Assembly: GCA_050239825.1 (NCBI GenBank)
Contig: JBFXGO010000008.1
Span: forward strand, 39,342 to 62,868
Direction of reading: 5' to 3'
Origin: a bacterium
GTDB taxonomy: Bacteria > Hydrothermota > 32-111
DNA length: 23,527 bases
Shown: in pieces, positions 1 through 6,593 of the stretch
How the letters are laid out: each line of letters begins with the position of its first letter
How positions within the stretch are numbered: the stretch's first letter is position 1
Made by a program: the position numbers and the translations under genes
The notes under the pieces: generated by a model
Databases searched by the model: none
Seen by the model: the letters and a program-made list of their open reading frames with translations, nothing else
Told to the model about the DNA's origin: nothing

Positions 1-34
1 CCGTAGGTAAAAGGTTCGACTCCTTTCAGGCGCA
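1..34 (+). tRNA. 3' part of a tRNA cut by the window edge, probably tRNA-Arg
   Basis: T-arm AAAGG-TTCGACT-CCTTT (10-26), acceptor 3' strand CAGGCGC plus discriminator A. CCGT-AGGT at the start resembles the anticodon stem/variable loop of tRNA-Arg(TCT). The anticodon is outside the window, so the isotype is inferred. No encoded CCA. Confidence 0.8.
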
Positions 35-51
35 TACTCTTTGCATAATAC

Positions 52-124
52 GCGTCACTAGCTCAACTGGTAGAGCAATTGACTCTTAATCAATAGGTTC
101 GGGGTTCGAGTCCCCGGTGACGCA
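52..124 (+). tRNA. tRNA-Lys(CTT)
   Basis: Full cloverleaf: acceptor GCGTCAC/GTGACGC, D-arm GCTC-AACTGGTA-GAGC, anticodon arm ATTGA-CT-CTT-AA-TCAAT, T-arm CGGGG-TTCGAGT-CCCCG, discriminator A. No encoded CCA. Confidence 0.97.
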
Positions 125-183
125 AAATATATTCCCATAATCAAAATAAAATAGTACGGGGACGAGAAACAGCGTTAGCTGTG

Positions 184-276
184 TGCGTCAGCATACCCCG
201 AACAAGGGGTTCGTATACCGGTCGGGACTTACTTCTATTTAAGAGAGGTAAGGTCTGGTCCCCGGTGTGAGTGAAA
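184..276 (+). repeat. 93 bp exact direct repeat, copy 1 (copy 2 at 459-551)
   Basis: TGCGTCAGCATACCCCGAACAAGGGGTTCG...GTCCCCGGTGTGAGTGAAA is identical at 184-276 and 459-551 (read base by base). Confidence 0.97.
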
Positions 277-277
277 T

Positions 278-355
278 GAACAAGGGGTTCGTTAATCGGA
301 CAGCAACTTACTGCCTGCCAAGAGAGATTCTTGTCCTGTCCCCGGTGACGCAAAA
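278..355 (+). repeat. Degenerate repeat unit ending in an 18 bp duplication of the tRNA-Lys 3' end
   Basis: Starts with GAACAAGGGGTTCGT (also at 200-214 and 475-489) and shares ACTTACT...AAGAGAG with the 93 bp unit. Ends in GTCCCCGGTGACGCAAAA (338-355), identical to 110-127. Confidence 0.9.
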
Positions 356-362
356 ATATATA

Positions 363-397
363 TCAGTTACGAGTTTCGAGTTACGGGTTGCGAGTTT
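363..397. repeat. Five imperfect tandem heptamers (consensus CGAGTTW)
   Basis: TCAGTTA CGAGTTT CGAGTTA CGGGTTG CGAGTTT. Confidence 0.85.
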
Positions 398-458
398 AAA
401 TACCTATAATCAAATATAATATTTTTGCGAAAGCGAGGGACTCGTAATGGCGAAGCCA

Positions 459-551
459 TGCGTCAGCATACCCCGAACAAGGGGTTCGTATACCGGTCGG
501 GACTTACTTCTATTTAAGAGAGGTAAGGTCTGGTCCCCGGTGTGAGTGAAA
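459..551 (+). repeat. 93 bp exact direct repeat, copy 2
   Basis: Identical to 184-276. Confidence 0.97.
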
Positions 552-598
552 AATATTATTTAATGTTTTTTCTATTTACATATTAAAAGAAACTTGGA

Positions 599-1879
599 TT
601 ATTTGCCTTCTATTCTCGTCATCTCACCCGTATTGAGATTTATTGTCACATCATTGTCCGGAGTTGAGTCAAAAAGAAGCCCTCTGAATAAATCCCTCTG
701 AAAGAATGCAATCAGTCTTGCCTTGAACGAGAATCCGTTCATATCCAAAAATCCCTCCGGATAGACTTCATCACCCTGATAGTGTGAGAGAAAAGAGTAA
801 GCAACCTTCTCTGAAAGTCTCTCCGTGTCTTTTTTGTTTACTTTAAATCCGCTTATTTTTTCTTTCGCTATATTTTTTATCCCGTTTTCAATGTATGATT
901 TTTTATATGAGTTGAAATCCTCTATCCCATCAAGCTCCTCAATACTCCTTGTTTCAATCACAACGATAGAATCGGTCATTGTCACAATTCTGTATGGGCA
1001 CGGGTGCGTCACGAGGGACCCTGTCTCTATGTCAAACAAATTCACACTGTTGAACCTTTCATAGGCGATGTCATTTGCATGAAAGTGTCCTGTAAAGACA
1101 AGTTGAACATTATATTTTGCCAAAATTTTTTTTAAATCTTTATTATTTTCAAGCACATACTCTTTGTATCCCTTCTTCTGCCCCTTGAAATGCTCAATAA
1201 CTCCATGATGCATAAAGACAATAGCTTTATCATTCTCATTTTGTATTTTTTCAAGCTCCTCTTCAAGCCAGATGAGAGTGCTCTTCTTCAATTTTCCCGA
1301 TGTAACCGGATAGTTTTCTCTTTTGTTCTCCTCATACCTGCATCCGTCAAGAGCTATAATAAATAATCCTTCGTTTGCCCTTGCAGAATAACTAAGTGAA
1401 GATGAATCGCGGGATATTGACTCTTTAAATCCGTAATCCGAGTATATTTCTTCAAAATCCTTTTTTGTAACCGTGTTGGTTGGTTCGACTTTGTCTCCAT
1501 TGAAGATATGCGCATCCGGATTATCAATATCATGGTTTCCGCAGATGACAAATATTCTTCTTCCCAAACTTCTCAGTGAATCAAGCTTGCTTTTGAACAG
1601 AATGTGACTCAAATACTCTCCGTCTTTCGTAAGGTCTCCGGGAACAATTATAAAATCATACTCTACTGTATCCACGAGGGATATGAATTTGTCGATTATC
1701 CGCGAACTCTCCTTCAAAAGTTTTCTGTCAGAATCAAGATAATCTTCAAAAGCCTTTCCTTCCATACCTAAAATAGTATCAAATGTGTGTGGGTCAGAGA
1801 AGACGATGAATTTCGCTTCAGCGGCATAAATCACAAAAAACAGAAAAGCAAACAATGTGGCAGTAAATATCTTTTTCAT
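599..1879 (-). CDS. Secreted calcineurin-like metallophosphoesterase
   Basis: Motifs SDPH, GDL, GNHD, HH and GHFH. Start moved to ATG 1879 (MKKIFTATLF...AAEA signal peptide), which has an AGGAGA RBS upstream. Confidence 0.9.
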   Translation of the reverse strand: MKKIFTATLFAFLFFVIYAAEAKFIVFSDPHTFDTILGMEGKAFEDYLDSDRKLLKESSRIIDKFISLVDTVEYDFIIVPGDLTKDGEYLSHILFKSKLDSLRSLGRRIFVICGNHDIDNPDAHIFNGDKVEPTNTVTKKDFEEIYSDYGFKESISRDSSSLSYSARANEGLFIIALDGCRYEENKRENYPVTSGKLKKSTLIWLEEELEKIQNENDKAIVFMHHGVIEHFKGQKKGYKEYVLENNKDLKKILAKYNVQLVFTGHFHANDIAYERFNSVNLFDIETGSLVTHPCPYRIVTMTDSIVVIETRSIEELDGIEDFNSYKKSYIENGIKNIAKEKISGFKVNKKDTERLSEKVAYSFLSHYQGDEVYPEGFLDMNGFSFKARLIAFFQRDLFRGLLFDSTPDNDVTINLNTGEMTRIEGK

Positions 1880-1932
1880 TCTTTCTCCTTTTAAACAGTC
1901 TATCAAAAAATAGTTTTTTTGGCAATATACTC

Positions 1933-1960
1933 TTGAAAACAAAAAGTTAATAAGTATAAT
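1933..1960 (+). promoter_or_regulatory. Sigma70-type promoter upstream of the pseudogene
   Basis: TTGAAA-N16-TATAAT; AGGAGG RBS at 1981-1986. Confidence 0.6.
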
Positions 1961-1990
1961 TTCTCTTGAGTTATATGAGTAGGAGGATGC

Positions 1991-2548
1991 ATGGAGGTAA
2001 AAGGTCTCTCTTTGATTTCAATGAGTGATTTTGTATCTGACAAATTCAGTACTGAAGATTATGACAAATAGATAAAATCCCTTTAGAAAGAATCTGCGTC
2101 TATAATGACAAGCAATATTCTTACTTTAAGTTGGTATCCATATGTAAGAGGAATGCTCGAACCCACAAAATCTGTCTGCGACATACTCTATGCAGACAGC
2201 TTGAGGAGTACGGAAGAGATAGTCAGATACAGCACAGAAAAATCTCTTCATGGGATTTACAGATTCTTCATAAAGATAGCGTCTCCTGATTCTCTTCTTA
2301 AGATAGCCGTAACAATATTCCAATCATACTACAATCCCTGCAAAATAGAGCCTGTTAAAGAAAGTGAGAAGAGTTATGTAATGAAATTCTCGGAATTTGA
2401 CCCTCCGAGCCCGTTTGTAGAGCACAGACTGATGGAATAGGTGGAGATGGCTCTTGAAATTTACGGAGCATCAACCATAAGAACCAATGTCAGAAAGAGC
2501 GCACAGAATAAAACTGAATTTTCAGAGGTTTATATAATATGAAGATAG
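1991..2548 (+). pseudogene. Pseudogene of a ~185-aa uncharacterised protein (DUF2378/V4R-like by recalled motif resemblance)
   Basis: One frame from ATG 1991 (MEVKG...) to TAG 2546-2548, interrupted by TAG 2069, TAG 2084, TAG 2438 and TGA 2540. It contains the ORF-track fragment 2105-2440 with WYP and GIYRFFIK motifs. The family label is tentative. Confidence 0.8.
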
Positions 2549-3091
2549 TCAGAGCCAGTATCCTATCCGTACAAGAAGCCCCATCTGAACCGTATTTTTG
2601 TTTAGCGCGGGATCGGAAAAGACAAAGTAAGTTCCTCCCGCCTGAAATGCCACTGCCACAGATATATTTGAAATATTGAAGGCTATCCCAGTCTCATTAG
2701 CCGCTGTCAATGCTATGTATGATTCAGAAACATTATACCCGCCTGATATAAGTCCGGATGTATAGTAACCGCCGTAGGGTTTTGAACTTGTGCGTGGAGT
2801 ATAATAGACGGGAAATGACAGCTCGGCTCCGAGAAGACCAAAACGCGCGCCCCACTGGTAGAATTTAAGACCTGCGAGCGGAGTCAATTGTATACCGTTA
2901 TTGTCTGATAGGGCATATTCAAATGATATGGGAAGAAGATTTGCATAAACAGTGAAATTCTCCTCTACAGGCTGGTAGAAAAAGTAGGGTTCAATTGAAA
3001 TGTTGAGTACCGATTTCTTCAGTGCATTAGGCCTTGCAGCAACTGATAATGCAGTTAGAACAAGTACAAACAGAATCATTATCCTTTTCAT
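2549..3091 (-). CDS. Hypothetical secreted protein, possible small outer-membrane beta-barrel
   Basis: Signal peptide MKRIMILFVLVLTALSVAA after an AAGGAG RBS; alternating hydrophobic strands; aromatic C-terminus VRIGYWL. Confidence 0.7.
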   Translation of the reverse strand: MKRIMILFVLVLTALSVAARPNALKKSVLNISIEPYFFYQPVEENFTVYANLLPISFEYALSDNNGIQLTPLAGLKFYQWGARFGLLGAELSFPVYYTPRTSSKPYGGYYTSGLISGGYNVSESYIALTAANETGIAFNISNISVAVAFQAGGTYFVFSDPALNKNTVQMGLLVRIGYWL

Positions 3092-3101
3092 TGAAACTCC
3101 T

Positions 3102-3257
3102 TTATTTGTCAAATTCCCTTAAAGGGTCAACCCTGTGTTTCGGTCTCTTCTTTCTCTTGTCTTCAATCCTCTTTGTTGGCATTAAAGGAGAGCGAACATC
3201 AAGAGAACCGTCTTTTTTACGCACTATCTCTCCGACCTTTTTTTTCTTCTGTTTCAT
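3102..3257 (-). CDS. Small basic protein, 51 aa (not in the ORF track)
   Basis: ATG 3257 with AGAGGT RBS; translates to MKQKKKKVGEIVRKKDGSLDVRSPLMPTKRIEDKRKKRPKHRVDPLREFDK. Its TAA stop runs into the RBS of the next gene, as in an operon. Confidence 0.7.
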   Translation of the reverse strand: MKQKKKKVGEIVRKKDGSLDVRSPLMPTKRIEDKRKKRPKHRVDPLREFDK

Positions 3258-3347
3258 TCAACCTCTTTTTACTTAAGACACGCATTTATCATAAATGTTG
3301 CATAAAAAAAGAAAAAAATCAAGAATAAAATAAACAAAATGCGCCTA

Positions 3348-3376
3348 TTGAACTCTCTATTCTTGTCGGGTATAAT
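3348..3376 (+). promoter_or_regulatory. Sigma70-type promoter of the lipoprotein gene
   Basis: TTGAAC-N17-TATAAT; GGAGGTG RBS at 3387-3393. Confidence 0.65.
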
Positions 3377-3396
3377 AAATGGAACCGGAGGTGCAG

Positions 3397-4020
3397 ATGA
3401 AAAGAAATCTCTTCTTGCTGGCTGTCTCGATTCTCATACTTGCAGGTTGCTGCAAAAAAGTAGAAGTTCCGCCTGTAATTCAGATGGACAAGTATGAACC
3501 TATAGCAATGGTAAATGTCATCATGACAAACGCGGAGGGAAATCTTTCCGGTTATGCCACACAGCGCTTGATAGAGTTCATGACTATTGAACAGAAGGGC
3601 AACAGAATCCTTGAGGTGGGAGATATAGAAAAAGTGCTTGAAGAAATTGATGCTAAAAAGATTAATCCTGATGCAATCAAAGCCATAGGAGATAAATACA
3701 AAGTAAAGACTGTCGTCATAGCAGAGATAAATATATCTGATGTTCAGCCTGAAGTAAAATTCAACCTTGAATTCCCATATATTTCTGCGAGGGCCAAGAT
3801 ATCTTCCGAAATGACTGTCAGAATGTATGAGACTGAACTTGGCGCTACAGTATGGACCGGCTCAAGCTGGGCGAAGGATGAGGTTAGCAATCTTTCAATT
3901 TTCAAAGATTATGTTTCATTTAATGCCGAGAATCCGGAAGAAGCTTATGGAGACCTCGTAACAGCGCTTGTTGATTGGGCTACAATCGATTACAGGAAGA
4001 CTTACAAGTGCGGAGACTAG
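3397..4020 (+). CDS. Lipoprotein, possibly CsgG/LpoB-like fold
   Basis: MKRNLFLLAVSILILAGC lipobox after the RBS. The pattern 'IKAIGDKYKVKTVVIAEI...VRMYETELGATVW' is typical of CsgG/LpoB-like alpha/beta lipoproteins (fold is inferred). Confidence 0.75.
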   Translation: MKRNLFLLAVSILILAGCCKKVEVPPVIQMDKYEPIAMVNVIMTNAEGNLSGYATQRLIEFMTIEQKGNRILEVGDIEKVLEEIDAKKINPDAIKAIGDKYKVKTVVIAEINISDVQPEVKFNLEFPYISARAKISSEMTVRMYETELGATVWTGSSWAKDEVSNLSIFKDYVSFNAENPEEAYGDLVTALVDWATIDYRKTYKCGD

Positions 4021-5248
4021 ACAAAAATTTCAATGCCTCTTTTTTTGCGTAAGAGACAAGATAGAAAGACCCGATAAAGAGAATAATGCCGCTTTTCAAG
4101 GAGATTGCCTCTTTTAAAGCATCCCTGATATTCTCTTTAAAAGAAATATTCAGTTTCCTGTAATCATTTTTTTTGGCGCATCTGAAAAATGGTATCTCTG
4201 TTATAATAACATTATCCGCATATTTTTTTAGAAGTTTTATGGAGCTTTTATAATCCTTGTCTGCCATAAATATAGATACTGTTGTAATGTTTTTTTTCGG
4301 AAAGAGAAGCTTTACCTCTTTCAGCGTGGTCTCTATCGCCTGAGGATTATGGCTCCCATCGACAACAATAACAGGGCTCTTTGATATAAATTCAAGCCTT
4401 CCGCTTATTTTGAATCCTCTGATTCCATCTCTTATTGCTCTAAAGGGAATGCCAAGCTCTCTTGAAGCCATTATGCAAAGAGCCGCATTCTCGCGTTGGT
4501 AATTCCCGAACTGACTCAGAGTGTATTTTTTACCATCAAACTCAAATCTGCTCTTAGAAACATTTTTTATACTTTCGGAATGCATGACAAACAGCTTTGA
4601 CATCTTCTTCCGGCAGGAACTTTCAATTACCGACATCACATCTCTGCTCTGACCGAATGTAAAGACCTTTGAATTCTCTTTGATTATACCGGCCTTTTCA
4701 AATGATATTTTTTTTAATGTCCCTCCGAGCAAATCAGTGTGGTCAAGTCCTATCTTTGTGATAATCTGGATTTCACTCTTTACAACATTTGTTGAATCAA
4801 GTCTTCCACCGAGACCTACTTCTATTACAGAGAAATCGCACCCTCTCTTTCTGAAATAAAGAAATGCGAGAGTGGTAAGCGCCTCAAAATAAGTTCTGTA
4901 TGATTTTCCCCTCTTCACTATCTCTTCATAGACTTCTTTTTCAATAGAGGAAAACTCTCTATCGGAAATATCTGCATTGTTTACCGCAATTCTTTCATTG
5001 ACTTTTTCAATATGCGGCGATGTGTAAGTACCCACAGTATAACCCGCAGAGATCAATATTGAAGTCATCATCTTTGCCACGGAACCCTTGCCATTCGTCC
5101 CGGCTACATGTATGACTCTCCCTATGTTATAATGGGGATTCTGGAATATTTTCAAAAAATCCCTGTATTCGTCAAGATTGAAGTCGTATGTCTTTTCTAC
5201 TCTATGTTCAAGATTATAGAGATTTTTAAAAAGCTTCGGTTTAATCAT
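3980..5248 (-). CDS. folC: Bifunctional folylpolyglutamate synthase/dihydrofolate synthase
   Basis: IHVAGTNGKGS P-loop, YTSPH, EVGLGGRLDSTN, IGLDH, EKAGIIK, GR, DGSHNP and GSFYL motifs. Confidence 0.96.
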   Translation of the reverse strand: MIKPKLFKNLYNLEHRVEKTYDFNLDEYRDFLKIFQNPHYNIGRVIHVAGTNGKGSVAKMMTSILISAGYTVGTYTSPHIEKVNERIAVNNADISDREFSSIEKEVYEEIVKRGKSYRTYFEALTTLAFLYFRKRGCDFSVIEVGLGGRLDSTNVVKSEIQIITKIGLDHTDLLGGTLKKISFEKAGIIKENSKVFTFGQSRDVMSVIESSCRKKMSKLFVMHSESIKNVSKSRFEFDGKKYTLSQFGNYQRENAALCIMASRELGIPFRAIRDGIRGFKISGRLEFISKSPVIVVDGSHNPQAIETTLKEVKLLFPKKNITTVSIFMADKDYKSSIKLLKKYADNVIITEIPFFRCAKKNDYRKLNISFKENIRDALKEAISLKSGIILFIGSFYLVSYAKKEALKFLSSLRTCKSSCNRL

Positions 5249-6593
5249 CTATCTTGATTCTCTTGACTAGAATATCCCTCCCGTATCCCATTCTTATGAG
5301 TTGCTCGCGTAGAAGGTCGGAGTCCTCCCTTTCATTGAATTTTCCCGCGAAGACTCTGTATACTACCTTACCCGCTATTGTCGTATCTGATACAAAAACA
5401 TCGGCAATGCCGGTCTTTGTTTTAACCTCTTCAGTTATTTTTTCCGCATACTTGCTGTTTGAGAGAGCATAAATCTGAATGGAATAGACATACCTTGAAA
5501 CATCCTCTTTTACAGGTTCTTTGGATACTTCATTTTCCGCATCCGCTAAAACGGAATGAACCGAGATAAAATGAGGATAGTATCCGACCTTTTTGATTGA
5601 ATCATTCTTCATGTTGTATGAGAATACAAGAGAGTCATTCTTCAGGAGCACTCTATCCGAATTAAATTCAAGCAGAGAAAGTTCTCCTTCAAGCTTTATT
5701 CTTTTTTTAGACACCTTTCTATCTTTGTTGAAAAGAGTAAGAGTCTTCTTCTCCCGCGAGAAAAGAAGCATAAGAGAATCATCGGCTGTAAAGAGAGATA
5801 TATCACTCTCATCGGTTGTGAAATCGCTTCTCTTCTTATAGTCGATATTCGAATATATCCAGCATTTCTTGTCCATTCCGGAGTAGAGGAACATCAGTTC
5901 TCCTGTTTCAAAGGAGAGAGCTGTTGTAAAAAAATCCTTCTTTTCAAATATTATGTTGAGGGTTTCATAATCAAGCACTAGAAATGATTTGTCTGTCACT
6001 GCAAGAATGCGTGTTCCATATTTTGCAAATGTAAATGAATTGACTTTTCCTATAAAGAACCTGCGCTTTAAAGTTCTTGAAACAAAATCAATTGCGTACA
6101 AGAATCCTAGTGAATCAGTGCAGTAAATATATGAATGGTACGGATTTTCATACATTTGAAGAATAGGAGAATCTATAGAGAGAAGAAAATGTTCTTTATT
6201 TTTGTCTTTAAATACAAGGTCGCTTCCGGAGATGAATATCGCACCCTGTCTATTGGCGATTATCTTAGGTTTTGAAGGAGCAGTAAATATTTTTGATGAT
6301 GAGACTGTCTGCAATGTAAACGCATTGACAATCTTTAAGTTTGATGAGAGCAGATATAATCTCTTTTCTAAGAGGGTTGACGCTGTTATGGTTTCAATCG
6401 CCGACTCTCTCTTCACCACTTCAAGACTGCTATCAAGAAGAGAGTATCCATCCGATGAGACAATAATGCTGTATTTTGAATTCTTTGCCTCTTCTCTCTT
6501 CTCGGAAGGCGGCGCAGTTCCCCCCTTTTTTTCCGAACCGCACGAAACAGAGAGAAGCAGGAAAACTATGAGAAATATCCTACGCCCTGTCAA
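5241..6593 (-). CDS. Lipoprotein with beta-rich (propeller-like) region and C-terminal SPOR domain
   Basis: Lipobox LSVSC; C-terminal YSIQIYALS...YRVFAGKFNERE matches the SPOR signature; TTG start overlaps the end of pdxJ. Confidence 0.8.
   Translation of the reverse strand: MTGRRIFLIVFLLLSVSCGSEKKGGTAPPSEKREEAKNSKYSIIVSSDGYSLLDSSLEVVKRESAIETITASTLLEKRLYLLSSNLKIVNAFTLQTVSSSKIFTAPSKPKIIANRQGAIFISGSDLVFKDKNKEHFLLSIDSPILQMYENPYHSYIYCTDSLGFLYAIDFVSRTLKRRFFIGKVNSFTFAKYGTRILAVTDKSFLVLDYETLNIIFEKKDFFTTALSFETGELMFLYSGMDKKCWIYSNIDYKKRSDFTTDESDISLFTADDSLMLLFSREKKTLTLFNKDRKVSKKRIKLEGELSLLEFNSDRVLLKNDSLVFSYNMKNDSIKKVGYYPHFISVHSVLADAENEVSKEPVKEDVSRYVYSIQIYALSNSKYAEKITEEVKTKTGIADVFVSDTTIAGKVVYRVFAGKFNEREDSDLLREQLIRMGYGRDILVKRIKIDD

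Noticed and set aside
157..190. Hammerhead ribozyme (GGAC-GAGAAAC-AGC...GCTGT resembles stems II/III)
   Set aside because: No CUGANGA core is correctly placed on either strand, and the cleavage triplet would be GUG.
183..276. Group II intron 5' end (GTGCG after a hairpin)
   Set aside because: The second copy reads ATGCG, and no domain V/VI or reverse transcriptase is visible.
141..353. 70-aa minus-strand ORF from the track
   Set aside because: It lies across the repeat tract with a non-ATG start, no RBS and no recognisable motif.
200..551. CRISPR array
   Set aside because: The would-be spacers are homologous or identical to each other, the repeats are irregular and tRNA-derived, and no cas gene is in the window.
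1991..2548. TAG reassignment or pyrrolysine read-through explaining the in-frame stops
   Set aside because: TAG is the natural stop of trxB, mnmG, the phosphatase and the lipoprotein in this window, one interruption is TGA, and no other gene has internal stops.
110..3300. Prophage or integrative element inserted at tRNA-Lys
   Set aside because: No integrase, transposase or phage gene is present; the only att-like repeat I found lies within 250 bp of the tRNA.
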